This document shows positions 49,801 to 62,831 of a stretch of 64,000 nucleotides of DNA, piece by piece. Numbering within the stretch: position 1 is the first letter of the stretch; each line of letters opens with the position of its first letter. Under the pieces are notes generated by a model. That model worked only from the letters and a program-made list of their open reading frames with translations, was not told the origin of the DNA and made no database searches. Source of the stretch: Ramazzottius varieornatus (taxonomy: Eukaryota > Animalia > Tardigrada). Both the position numbers and the translations under genes were made by a program. The stretch lies in the NCBI GenBank assembly GCA_001949185.1, contig BDGG01000023.1, positions 190,925-254,924 on the forward strand. Reading direction: 5' to 3'.

Positions 49801-52800
49801 TGTTAGACATCAGGCATCTCTCTTCATCGCGAACTCACACACATAAGGTCTCCCCTACTGTTTATGTGCAAAAGCACTCCCTCGGTGTATTGCACGATGA
49901 TTGAAGCCCGAGGGAAAATTGGGAAAACGAATAGAACCGGATAGTTTTTCGCAGTGACGTACATCCTCGACCAATAAAAGTGTGAACGTGCGCCACTTGA
50001 GATAGCGATATGGGTTAATCCATTTGCTCGCGTCCCAAATCTGCAGCAATTTTCATGGATACGGCGACATGAGTGTTCCAGACAATAACATGACATGACC
50101 AACCGTCTCACCTTGTTATAAACTCCCCCGGCTGACAGTTCGGCTTCCAACATCATGGCCGCAATGCCAATCATGCCAAAAACCAACGCATAATCACTGA
50201 GACGCTTCCGCTTTTCAAACAAGGCCTTCCGTTTCCCCAATCGATATCCCACAGTGGGTTTACTCAGTCCCGAGCCACTGCCCAAGAACCGCGTACTATC
50301 GCCGTCAGCCACGGGGACTTTGATCTCTTGTGGTCTTGGTGACTGGCGGTCATCCTGGTCAGAGCACAGCTGGATCAGTTCAGGGTTGAGTTGGCCGGTA
50401 ATGTCGTTGTTATTCTTGATGGAGTTGGCGCGCGAAATGACCTGGGCGGCTTGTAGGTTGGGCGTGCTGGTGGGCTTGCGGAGCTGCTTGAACATCAGGG
50501 CGCCACTGTACCGCATCGAGCTGGCCACGATGTTCGCCACATCGGTACTGTCACGTTTCATGGCGAATGGACCGCCGGTCCCACTGGTCGAAGCCATCCA
50601 GATGTGTCCACCCGTGGTCTGAGTCGCTGAAAAAACAACACTGTCTTCGTACAGTCACCTGACAGTCATTATACAGGAGATAAAAATCAAGGAGGCATTC
50701 TGATCGTAGAAAATTGGCCAGGGGATCCTTCGGGAAGTTTACACAGGGGGCGCACTTGTGATTGCAAGGGACACAGTAGCTTTGCTTTCGAATATGAGAA
50801 GATAGCGCTAGCTATCAAAAATCTGCTCTTCTACAGCGGTCACTATATCAAGCTCCGGGTTACTCACCTTGATCAACGAGATCAGCTCCCGTGGCCAATA
50901 ATCCGGATCCCGTACCGGTGTTGGCAGTGTCTACAGACAGAAAAACAGGTCGTGTCTTCAAGGTGCTTCTTCGGCGGTAATCCTGGCTCTGTTGATGAAT
51001 ATGCATCAGAGAAGGTGGAGTATTCAAGCTGATCAAGCGTTTGCGGTGGGGAAGACCTTCGCGCAAATGCAAGGACTGTACTCTACGTTGCGAGATGGGA
51101 GTTTGCTGGGGCAGGATATCGTCATCATGCTCATACATCAACGTGTTAGCAAAACGCTCCTCAGATTCCGAATGGCTAATATCGCGAGCATGACGATCAA
51201 GACAAGAAGGCTGAAAGGACCGCATTTCCATAGTGGTACCCGTACTATTTTGCGTCACCGTTGACATGCGTATTTGCACAGTCATAATGTGTGATCAGGC
51301 TATATCCGCCAATGCATACGTTAAACCCGAAATTTTTTCAGTCAATTTTGTGCCCCGCAGTGAAAGGAACGGATATTGCAAAAGCTCGTGGGAAAGAATC
51401 TCCGAGATCATAGGTTTGGTTCAGAGGAACGTTTTCTGGAGAAGGAAGGAATAAAAGAAGGAACGAGTAGCAAATTGTTGTAAAGAGGGGGATGTGCAAT
51501 CAATCTTCATGGTTATTAAATAAACGCATCGGGGGATTACGGCGGACAGTAGATTTAGAAAAGGAGTGGCGCGCAAATCGAAGGACGGGAAGCGAGAAGG
51601 AGCTAGAGGAAGGAAGAAGACGCCGAACGGAAAAGACTGTTTACTTTGCATCTAGCTGTGTATGCAGCGTTGTGTGAGGATAGAGTCCTTCTTCCCCGAT
51701 GATGTGTAAGGAAAAGACACAGTCATCACAACATTTCATATTCCGATACGGATCAATTGGTCGACTGTATGAAGACTCTTCTGTGGAGGCGCTTGTTCAG
51801 ATCATTGACGAGAGGGCAACGGTACACAGTACACACAAGCGAAGGCCACTCGATTCCCAGGCGGACCTTCCTCGTCGACTGTCGATCGACAGATTTGAGG
51901 GGGCTCCTTAAGCTGACATGACCGACAGGGGGAAGTGCCAGGACCCAAAAGAGGCTCTTGTCCACACGAGACCCTCTTTCAGGCTGTCGACCCCGAAAGA
52001 AGTGACACTTCACGGCAAATAATGTCTGTGAGCACTTATCCAAGGTTTCGAATATTTCACGACTGTTTCTTTGGAAAAACCAACCATCTCCACTCAATTA
52101 TAGAGCCGCTCAATCTGAAGATGAAAACAACCGCTGTCTGCTTCTGTGGTGTACGGTAGCGCCTCAGGCTGGGACGTCGCTCTAAACCGCGGAAAGCTTC
52201 ATGATCAATTACACCACACAGCGATGATTTCTACTATGTTCCTGTTTGACAGATACTTTTGAAACTCCATCCATTCTTGATGCTTCGCGTGCAGGCACAA
52301 GTGAAACAATGTAAGAACCTGAAGCAGCTGGGCGAGGTGGGAAACGAAAGTGGAAAACTTACCGAATAATTTTCGATGTATTTTTTCCGAATGAAAATGT
52401 CCGATAGATTTGCCTCGCTGGAACGGTGGCGGTCGTGGACGGTTAGCTCCCGTAGATCGTTGGGACAACGGTGGAGTACGGAGCACATTGAGATTCTGCT
52501 GAGATGAGCTTGGCGTTGGCACTTGAGACAGCGATGGGTTGTTGAAAGCATTGGGCGATATTTTCCGTTGAATCATTTGCAGGCGAGCCACTTCCTTTTC
52601 ACTGCCGGCTGCACTTGTCGGTGTTCCATCCGGGCTAATACCTGGACCCGCTGCTGCTACCATCGGTAATTCCATCTTAATGGAATCGCGATGCGGAGTC
52701 AGCAGCGATAATGGCGAACCTGGATCGGATGCACGTGCACTGACGTCGTATGTATGTGTCTCCTGCTGCCCACATGGCGTTACCTAATAAGCACAATATA

Positions 52801-53701
52801 CATTATACAGCATAACATCACCGAAAAACAAGACTTTCCTTTCAACGGCTCCAGAATTCAGCCGTACCAAAATAACATGTCAGCTATCACGAATCTTCAC
52901 TCATTTACCTCGCACTGTTCGTCGACGCTGATGGTTGTATGTACAGTCTATCACGGTAAAAAAAGAAAAACCGCAGTCACACTCCCGCATTCGTTTGTAT
53001 CTGTTTCCTCTCCGGTGACTCTTATTTTTTGTTTCGTATTAAATCCGATCATACGATTAATAATACCGGTTCATTGTAAAATAGGAGGCGGGCAAACAAC
53101 CTCAGGATGATCGTTATATCAAGCGGCGAAATTTTCCGTTTTTGGCTGACAGCGTGCGCCCCTTGGCAGAACGATCTTGCCGGGGTGTCTGCCAGCATCC
53201 CAGACGGAAGTGACACTGTAGTCTGTAGAAAAGCTTTACCTCGTTGATGCGATAGAGTTGTCCGATGGACGAGTTCGCTGCCAACGACGTGGAACTGTAG
53301 GGTGAATCCCCACCTTCCGGGTATTCCTTGTTGTTAACCAACGGTGAGGGTGCTGCTTGCAACTGTCTCGCATAGTTCTCGTCGAGAGACTTTGCCCGGA
53401 AAGGCAGCTGACCGGCGTTGCGTGACCCTAGTAGCCGTCTCTTGCGGAACGACGCACGAGCCGAGTTCTGAGGGGAGATGGTTAGGGGCGAGCTAGGTGG
53501 CGTACTGGTGCTACGTAGACTGTTGTCGCGTTCCAGAGGGTGCGTGAAGGCTAACATGGCTCGATCATCGTCGGACTCAACACGTAGGCTGTGTTGTTGA
53601 CCGAGGAGGCGACGGTTTGAACGGTCGGAAGGCAAGGATACTCCGAGGTTGGCTTTGCCCGTGTTCATCGAGTCAAGGTTTTCGGGGTTCGAGTGCGCCA
53701 T
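46834..53701 (-). CDS. KCNN: Small-conductance Ca2+-activated K+ channel (SK/KCNN), multi-exon, alternative N-termini
   Basis: [47 protein letters not shown], pore [13 protein letters not shown], and the CaM-binding domain [14 protein letters not shown]|[13 protein letters not shown]. Confidence 0.97.
47540..47663. repeat. Palindromic N25 element copy (SK intron)
   Basis: Perfect core AAGTGGCGCAC-25nt-GTGCGCCACTT at 47579-47625. Confidence 0.85.
48280..48482. repeat. Tandem dimer of the palindromic N25 element (SK intron)
   Basis: Cores at 48320 and 48397, both with 25-nt spacers, and a 30-nt linker. Confidence 0.85.
49920..50037. repeat. Palindromic N25 element copy (SK intron)
   Basis: AGTGACGTAC-25nt (GACCAAT)-GTGCGCCACTT, flanked by AAT on both sides. 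Confidence 0.8.
50868..51285 (-). CDS. KCNN: Alternative first coding exon of the SK channel
   Basis: The ORF ends CAAG|GTGAGT in phase 1, matching the phase-1 acceptor at about 50627. Confidence 0.65.
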
Positions 53702-54477
53702 CTTGCATGACTGTTCACGGACACCCAATCACCGACCATATCATGATTGATCCCAACCTGCATGCACAAAAGAAAAGTAAACTCGAAGCCCACGATCTTT
53801 CATTGGGCTTTGTTCAGTGATAACCGTTTCTGTCCGTATCTTCGCATTTGTCCAACCTACTGTATGTTGTTTAGCGTAGAGCCTGACGTGAAGTGAAACT
53901 CTCTACAATCTTGTTTTACTAGGTAACGTTGGTCACAAGTTTGCGTTTGGCTGATTCGGAGTCAAAAACGTACGTAGGGCTGAGCAGAAATTCGCTAAAA
54001 AGTTACTCGCGTTCACCTACGACGTAAGCAATATCAATTTGGAGAGGGCATCTCTCACCGGCTCACCTCACCACTGCAGTTATTGCGAAGAACTCGCAGA
54101 AGCACCACAGTATACATACTTATGTGGGGCAAATACAGCCACTCTACACCAACGATTTCTGGGACGACCCTGCGATCGGTATCCGGCCATGGCTGCGGTG
54201 AGCATTGCGCCGAATTCGTCAGAGCGTCTCCGGTGTGATGAACGAAAAGTTTTCCTGGTAGATCCGAGCAACTCACGCGGTTTTGTAAGGAAGCATTTCG
54301 ATAGCGAATCTCTTTCTCGCCAGCTCGCCTAGAGAAAAGTTCGCGATTCTCTCAAGGCGAGCCATTGGTGCGGATGCTCGGGCAAACTAAATCTTTGATA
54401 GCAACTGTGACAAGAAAATCACTTTCGCGGTGGTGGTCGTGAACCAGTACTTTTCTGGTTGATCTTACATTTCATAT

Positions 54478-54561
54478 ACTGTGTTCCCGCGAAANNNNNN
54501 NNNNNNNNNNNNNNNNNNNNNNNNNNNNNNNNNNNNNNNNNNNNTTCGCGGGAATACAGTA
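54478..54561. mobile_element. TA-flanked palindromic MITE spanning an assembly gap
   Basis: TACTGTGTTCCCGCGAA-[N]-TTCGCGGGAATACAGTA. Confidence 0.7.
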
Positions 54562-57500
54562 ATTAAAGAATTGATTAGAAGTGGTGAGAGGAGCCCTCTC
54601 CGAACAATTTCCGGAGTTCGTCGGTGGCGAGAAAGCTTATCTCTGGTCTTCGCAAAATAATCAATACTTCTGAGATATACGTTTATGGAAGGCGCATACC
54701 GTAGTTGTGGACGAGCAAATCAGGGACGACATGTGCTTAATCATATCCAGTCATTTTTAATATCCAGAGGCATGCGCTACAGTTCCCCGCACGCTTGTGT
54801 GTATACACTGAACAACACTTTCCGGCTGGTTTCAAAGTTTGATTACTTTAGTGACCGGTAACTGTTAATCCCCTTGGTGTACGAGGATCAGGTCATAACT
54901 TTGCTGGCGGTTCAAACTTTGCTAATCTCATCATCCAGTAAAAGTGAGACCTGATACTTGGACATGAAGCAGTTGTAACGACAACAGCAAAGTTTTAACC
55001 GTCTAGCAAAGTTAGGACCTGATTCTCGTACGGCTATTCTAACTACACCATGGGCCAAGTGCAGTACTGTGGACACAATGTACAATCAAATTTTGAAACC
55101 TGACGGACAGCGTTGTTCACATTATACTGCACTGACACCGATGTTCCCTTCCCAGCCTCGAGCTCCTTGGGATATTTTCCAGACCAGCGAGCGTGATAAC
55201 AGTATACATACACATCAAAACGACGCCGACAATGCAAGGACCTAATCAACGCAAGCACTGAACGTCAGCTCGACAGTCTATTACCAAACAAGAAAAAGAG
55301 AAAAAAGCGCAAATTCAATTATGTTAATTCATTATACTTGGAGGCATTGAGCTTTCCGAAACTAACCCGCATCACATCCAAGATTACGGCCCCTGTTTTG
55401 TGGTAATTGGATGTCACTCGTCAAATTTTAGAGCTGAAAATCACGTGTTTCAAAGGGCGTAGTTCTAACGGCCTGTTGATTCATAGTCATTGTCAAAAAT
55501 CGATATCGAAGGAGTCATCAGTTACTTGGTACTCCAAGGCCACAAAAGCGGGTGGGTCGCGTCTGCCGGAACCGGCGATAGCTGGCGCCGGTTCCCCGCC
55601 CGTATGGCTCGTCGTGATGATCTCCACAGATGGTCAAACGACGAACTAAATCTCGTTGCCACTGATGCGATCAACTGTCGCTGATACACTTGACAGCTTT
55701 CAGTCCCTCCTTAACTTGATCAATGCCTCCAGACACAGCGAGGGAAGAGTTCCCCACTATCTCCCATGGCTCAATTTACGCAGCGTGCCTTCTCGTCATT
55801 ATCCAGCCCTTAAGCCTATCCGACATTGGCCGTCACGGAATATGCAAACTCTGATCTCTCTTGGCATCAGTACTACGTGGATCCCTTCCAGCTGCGTAAT
55901 ATACTGTAGATCACATCATATGGTAGCTGGTCCGCAAATTTTGAGGTGTACGTTTATTCCCATTTAATTCGGATTCTGTGACTTTCCGTTCCGGAGCAAA
56001 GGAAAGGTTCTGGGGGAGGGCTTTTTTATTTTACTCGAAAATAACAATTTTTCGACTAAAATAAAAATCTTCCCAGCGTTTAACCTTTTTGAAAGGGGCG
56101 GTCATCGCAAAAACTAATTACCGGTAATTACAAACGTCGATCCAATTTGTCCCGCACGAAATCATAGAAACGGCAAGCTTGGTCCCAATTCGGCGGATAG
56201 GTTAATGAAGACCGTCTTCCGTGTGCGTACCTCGAGTTTACCTTGAGCAATGCGGCAACAGAGCAGATGAATAAGTTCCCGGCCATGAGGGATTTTCACA
56301 ATAGTCTCAATAGAAGAGTTTGGCGATGCGTAACAGATGCCGGAAAGTCTTATTGATACAGAAGCGGCTATGGAAAACACACTGTTGGATATGGGACAAT
56401 TGAGCACACACTGGATCAAAGGATTGTAGTCTTGTAAAACGTAAACCCTCAACCCGTTACATCCAGTGCGAAAACATCGAGTTCGGTAAACCCAGTGGTA
56501 TTTCCACAAGTGTAAGCCAACTACGTGTACATTGAATCCCCATCAACTCGCTAATGGATCGCTTTTTCCATTTTCATGCCCTGTCAACGTATTCCTACCA
56601 ATGTATCTCTTGCATCAATGTCGTCCGGAAGCCAACAAGGCTCCATACAGGAAGTCGAGGTGAATAGGCGTATGCAAGTAAAGGCACCCCTCGTCGTCCC
56701 TGCCTCCGGCTAGAGATCCAGTGTTTTCCCGCGTTGCACAATCAATACCCATCAGATCATAACTGCCTTGCTGCTTTGTCAGTTCCATACACGGCCCGTT
56801 CGACGGTCATAATGATCAGCATGGAAACACAAGGGGATTAAACGGCTGGAGAAACGAGTAATAATAACGCCCGGACGACATTAACAACGGATGGGGTGGC
56901 GGAACCAGTTACAGTATATCACCAGAAAGGCAGGAACAGTACATTACACTGGGACCTCGAACATCATAGCGCCGTCATGAGATATTCCCCAACTTTGGGG
57001 AATAGAATATTTAAAACTGCAGTAGACTGGAGTCTGCTGTCAAACTTCAAGACACAGCATCGACCGAAAAGGGCAAGTCTCGGCGTCCCTGAGTTCATTT
57101 TGCGGTACAGCTGGTCGTATTGATGCGAAACTGAAGAACCAGCTCGTTAGTACCAGCTCGTTTCCTGCTCTCTAAATATGGCCTAAGGTCTGTGAATCTT
57201 CCTTCACTCATTCATTACCGTCCTGAAGCAACTTCGTCGTCGTAAGGAGAACTGGACAAGGTTGAAATTCAAGTATCGACGTGTGGCGAACACTGAGGTC
57301 GAGCCGTGCCTTTGGCGCAGGAAAGAGCTCTCAGAGCCTGATCATAATGATCGGGAATCCAGGATGACATACTCGGGAGGCATGCTCCTTTATGCAAGCC
57401 CTATTATTTCACCCGGCCTCCCACAAAAGGTCTGTTTCCCTGCTCCCTTGAGCAGTAATCGACTTCGATGGCAGTTCAATGCAACATCCACCCGTTGCTC

Positions 57501-58281
57501 TTAATGCAGTTCAGGTGGCGTTTCCTCGAACTACTACGCTGCGCGCATCAACAACATCTATTTTTGGAGCATGTGTTGCGACGGGACATATGACGCCTCT
57601 ACGAGGTAATCCGCGCGTGAGCGTACACCTTTCTGATTTCGTAAATCTCAATCTGTCACAAGGCCCGTGGACGAACCACGAGGTTCCCTCGCGAAAAGGG
57701 AAAAATCTTTCCGTCCGAAAATATGCATGGGCCGCCAGGTCAACCACTGTTCACAGCTTGTTTTCTAGGAGATAGCGAAAGATGAAGCTCGTGACTTCAG
57801 TGTTTAGGTTTCCCTTTCGTGTCTGCATTTGGAGGTCGTTGCTTTGGTTTGCGTCAACGCACACGCACTTTCGTCAAGAGCGGAGTACCGGAAAAGATCT
57901 TAGCTAGCACATTCCGAGCGTTATCTCCGGGGAGCGTAGTGCAACACCCACTAAACGCACCAGCCGGCTTGAATTAAGTCGAAAAATGCATGAGCAACTC
58001 CCTAAAGTGCCGTACTTTCCCTCACGTTTATTCACTTTATTCAAGGTCGTCAACAGCCTAAACCAATAGCGCAAATTCGATACTACAGCAAAAAAAGAGT
58101 CCAGCCAGCTGTCCATAATCATAGATGTATGCAGTCACAATAGCCGTAATCAATTCGGTCAATAGGGACCCCGTGACGTCACTGCAAACTCATCGATCCC
58201 TGCTACTCGACCACCATGGAATTTTACTGACGTACTAAATGGCGCTGTTAATTTCTGATGTGCACTATCACAGACCATGGT

Positions 58282-59486
58282 TCAAACGTGGCCATTGTAA
58301 GTTGGCCCACTATAATGAACGGAAGGAAAGGTCCTTTCCATGGTCATTTCAGCTGGTGTGCAGTGCTTTTTCCGCTGTTGCACTTGATCCTCGGTCTCTG
58401 CTGCCAGTCTAGGTTTCTTGATAGAGGCAATGCTCGACTTCAACTGCCATAACCAGTACTGAAAGATCTCGTCGGCTTCCTCGAAGACGCTGGCGCCTCC
58501 CTTGTTACCATCGACCTAAAGCAACGATAAAAACCACAATCATTTGGGACATCGATAAACAAATTCAGCCAGACCGTCGCCTCAAGTGGTGCGCTGATTC
58601 AATGTTGTTGACTGAGAGCGCGCGTGACTGAGAGCGCGCGCCACTTCGGGAAATGATCCGGACGAATTCGATTGCCGACATCCTATTTGACCGGTTGCGA
58701 GGCCAATTACTGTACCTCGATAACACGATGCTTTCGAGCCAGGTTCTCGAGCAACGGCATAGCATCGCGGCGAAACGCTCGCCGGCGTTTATGGATGATC
58801 TCTTCATTGTCCTCGAAGCGTGCGGCGTACTTGTTCCATTGCAACATGTGCTTCTTAGAGTATGCTTCGGAGGTATTGATGAAGAAAGCGTGTCGGATGG
58901 GCATGATCTAGAATCATGTCGAAGTGTCAGCGTGGTAGAAGTCGCGCTGGGCTTTGTTACCCCAATGACCGTACATCGTCTTCGTAACGAGCAGCTTGTT
59001 CCACATCACGAGGGAAGCCTTGGATGAAGATGGGTCGTTGGGCGTTACAAGCTCGAGCCAACTCGCTCTTCAGCACGTCCATAACGAGATCCTGTTTGAG
59101 AATGGTACAATATAGCTAGTTGTCTCAGACTCTCCGCTACGATGTAATCTGAAACGTGGAGCTTTGCGCTAACGAACGATTTGAGAGATGATTTTGCTAA
59201 TGGATTTCTGAGCAATTACCAAAGGAACTTTCGGTGAAGGTAGCTGATGAACGCACTTAGCCACTTCGCGTCCGCGCGCTGTGGGTAGGTCTGCTTCCCG
59301 GCGCAACAGATTACCAACACTGATGTATGTGATTCCGTATTTAGCGCGGAACTTAAAACATAAGCTTGCCTTGCCCGCACCTGGTCCGCCAATCACAAAA
59401 ACAATGGGCGGTCTGAAACGCTTCAGTGGTTCCAGATCAGTCAGCGTGAGGTGCTCATTAATATCGCTCATTGGTACTACCGACAT
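58282..59486 (-). CDS. Adenylate kinase / UMP-CMP kinase-like protein, divergent, 4 exons
   Basis: IVFVIGGPGAGK, YISVGNLLR, IQGFPRDVEQA, EDNEEIIHKR and IE|VDGN, with GT-AG introns. Confidence 0.88.
58545..58685. repeat. Palindromic N25 element copy with an internal 16-bp tandem duplication (AK intron)
   Basis: AAGTGGTGCGC...GCGCGCCACTT; TGACTGAGAGCGCGCG is duplicated and the spacer is 25 nt once the duplicate is removed. Confidence 0.8.
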
Positions 59487-60208
59487 TTTTTGGGTTTTCT
59501 GATGTGTGGGAAACACTACACTTTTTTACAACAAAGTATTGCAACTGAGCTACCACCAAACATACCCTGAACAGAGCTCGATGCAAGAAACGCGAAGATG
59601 AAGTGTTGTTATGGTACTCAGCGAGCTCACCTTGAAGTTATCCGAGGTGCGAAAAGTCAGCGAGTTCATACTCGGGATCCCAGCAGCACACTAAAGTACA
59701 AGGGGTTGCCGGCCGGTAAACGAAACTAAGTTCGTTGTTTCGGTAAGGTACGGGTTGATCAATGGCCCAAGGGGTACAACTCAGAGTCCGCCAAATGCAT
59801 GCAAAAACACAATGAACATATAAATACACACAAGAAACATTAGTACGGTTTCAATATAGTTTCGTCATGCATCATCTTGACTTCCCTCACCTGGTTGATT
59901 GCTTGGCCTCGCTGGATCATGTGGACTTCGAACTCGTCGGATGTCGCAACATGGATCGACAGCTGGCTAAAGTAGCCACGGCAAAGTTTGGAAATGTTTA
60001 TCGATACCCTGGACTCTTGGACGACATCTTCGAGGCTGTTCACGACCCGAAATTATTCGTTCTGTGACGGTAAGACTGATCTTTTATGTCCGAAAAGCCA
60101 GCAGTCTTGACATCTTGACATACTGTAAGTACCGGTGAAGTGAGACAGCATTGGTCGGGGAAATGTGAAAAGACTGGCCCAGGGACGAGCAGTTTTGAAA
60201 CGGCCTAG

Positions 60209-61190
60209 CGTTTTGGGACCAGTTTTCCGCTTCGCTGCGCTATACAGCGAAGTTATCGTGGAACTGGGCACACCCAGAACTATCCAGAGCGAAGCGATAA
60301 CGAGCTATAGCGGAAATAGCAGAACCTGAGTCAAACTGGGTCCACTATCGAGAATCGTCTCGTAAAATTCGGGTTCAGCAAGCTTTCTCAACATATTTAA
60401 TCTTTTTTTAATGAAACTATTCCTGATAAGCGAACGTGGATGATTTTTATTTGGGCATGTTGAGGTGGTCTGATCGCATCGATGGGTGACGTCGATACAG
60501 CTAGACTCGAGGTGGTACACAGTCTGGGTGTGATACCAAGGAGGAAGTGACGGCTCGGTGCATCAGCCTTCCACCTGTTCCTCTGAGCTGCATCGGTCCC
60601 GTTAGCGAGCTCAGAGCTGAAGATCATGAAGGGTGGGATGGCGGTTGAGAAATTCGTGAGATGCAAAGAGCGCGAATGAAATTGTGTATGCAGAATGTTC
60701 CGTCGAGAGAACTTCATGAGCACATTCATGCGGGACAATCTCTGCCGGAAAGCAGAGAAGTCAACAGCCGGCCATGGCGAGTTACTGGATAAAGTTAGCG
60801 AACAAGGATGTACATTGAGCTGACCAGCAGGAGTACGTGTATGCGGCGCACGTGTACATTGCACCGCATACACGTATCAGAACGGTCCAGGAAAAACGCC
60901 ATGTCCGGTCGGGTAGTTATAGGAACGGAAAACGCTTATCATTCAAAAAACATTAACCACAATTATCGCTAGAACAATAATTTTAGTTAAGCTTAATATC
61001 AATAAATCGTTTTCTGCTATCGGTTTTGGTATAGAAAGCGATCGAAAATCGATGCCTTTCCTTACAAAAGGAAATTTACTTTAACAGCAGCAGCAAAGCG
61101 GATAGCGGGTCCTTGTATCTCATAGCAGGTCATAGCGAAGCGCTCCAGCGTCATCAAAGCGGAAGCGAAGCGGACGCTACCGAATCCCAT
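60209..61190. mobile_element. Degraded non-autonomous element with AGCGAAGCG-rich ends
   Basis: GTTTTGGGA..TCCGCTTCGCT at about 60210-60236 pairs with AGCGAAGCGGA..TCCCATAAC at about 61163-61192. Confidence 0.4.
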
Positions 61191-61371
61191 AACTTCTCAT
61201 TCCTGGACTGGCCGGAACACACAGTTTTTGCTCTTACGTGCGATGTCACATCGAGCAGCTGATCGCTACACACATTGACCAAGTATTTCACCCACTATCA
61301 AGAGTGTCCTTTTACACGCACCCGAACCCAACTCTGTCCCAGTTATCTGGTGCGTTAAGGTACTGACCGTA

Positions 61372-61823
61372 CACGAACGACGGAATATTATGGGCCAGTA
61401 AAAATTACGGACCAGGCCCTTTCGCTACGGCGGCACGGGCTGGTGATTCTTGCTACAAGTAAAAACCAGCTGCTCTGCTGTACGTAAGTTCTGGAGATCG
61501 GGCCGAGGAGCTAAAGATTGTCATATCTATTATAACAGTTACTGTAGATATCCATCCTACCGGAACACGCACCTTCAACAGTTCAAGCTAGTCCAAAGCT
61601 TCTCCGGGAACTCGGGAAGAAGTCGACAGCAGCATTGATGCGTTAGAGTAAAACGGCTGATCAGTTGATGGCCACTGACCATGACAATTTTCTACGGTTG
61701 GATTTTACCGTGTTACGTCATTTGTCCGATTTCTGTTTGCGACTTCCATACAAATTTTAAATTTGCCGTCTTTTTCCGCCTGGCCCGTAATTTTTACTGG
61801 CCCATAATATCCCGTCGTTCGTG
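61372..61823. mobile_element. TA-flanked MITE with about 45-bp TIRs
   Basis: CACGAACGACGGAATATTATGGGCCAGTAAAAATTACGG / CCGTAATTTTTACTGGCCCATAATATCCCGTCGTTCGTG, with TA on both sides. Confidence 0.85.
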
Positions 61824-62743
61824 TACTGTATTCCCTCGAAACTTATGCGCAGTCACATGACCGGCCGATAAAAGAGCGGGCTGCTGAATGAACTGGGCCT
61901 AATTCAGGGGACTGTCGTGATTGCGCAAAACTTACAGTACATGTGTCACACATCTGAATTACTTTGCCGGGTTTGCAAAGGATGAAAGCCCACGATCTCA
62001 CGAGTAGCTGCGTCGTTCCTGCGCCACTCGGTCATCTGCACGGATTCTTCCGCCTGGAAAACTTCGATGCTATCCACCCTGGAAAATTTTGGCACTTTGC
62101 GAGAGGCGCCACCGCTCTTTTCATTGGTGCTGGCATTATTAGCTGCTAATGCTCGTTCGAGTGTTTTTGGCTATGGCGTCGGACTGTGCCATGAGTGACT
62201 CGATGCGATGGGGATCGTTGGCGGGAGAAGGGCGTTTGTGGGAGGAGACTGACGAGAGCTGTTAGCCGGAGACGTGCACTTCGTCTTCTGAAACGGTCTC
62301 GTAGTTTAGAACGTGTTTTGTCAGATCCGAGGCTTCGGAAATGGCGTCGTCGGCGGCTTCGGTATTGCGATGGACATTGAGTCGTCCTTCTTTGACTTCT
62401 TACAGAGCCCTCGACGTCCAGGCATGGTCGAGTCCAACTCCAAGATCGGAAAATACAGGAATAGTAAAAATGCTGATAGACCGATAACGGATGAACAGTA
62501 GCAAATCAAAGCCCAACCAAGGAGGTACAATTACAATCCGACGATAAAAACATCGGACTGCGACGGGATGCGCATCGGAATGCGACGGTACCAACAAGAC
62601 GGGTCGGGATTCGAAGGACGCACAGTCAAGGCTTCGAAGCGATATACGTTCGAACAAGAAGAAAATCTTGGCGTGTAGCGACACGAGAAGCAAAACGATT
62701 GAAATGAAGTTCGCCCATCGGCGCAGGACATGATCGAGGGGGA

Positions 62744-62831
62744 TATAGAANNNNNNNNNNNNNNNNNNNNNNNNNNNNNNNNNNNNNNNNNNNNNNNNNN
62801 GGCTTATTCTAGCTTCGCCGAGCCTTCTATA
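62744..62831. mobile_element. Second copy of the TATAGAAGG MITE family, spanning a gap
   Basis: TATAGAA-[N]-AGCTTCGCCGAGCCTTCTATA with flanks GAGGGGGA / GAGGGGAA (7/8 TSD match). Confidence 0.8.

Noticed and set aside
56162-56509. 115-aa ORF in the region upstream of the SK gene
   Set aside because: No recognisable motif or splice support.
8579-58650. N25 spacers as unique CRISPR-like or RSS-like variable spacers
   Set aside because: The spacers share a degenerate CAGCCAAT consensus in either orientation, so they descend from one ancestor rather than being independently acquired.
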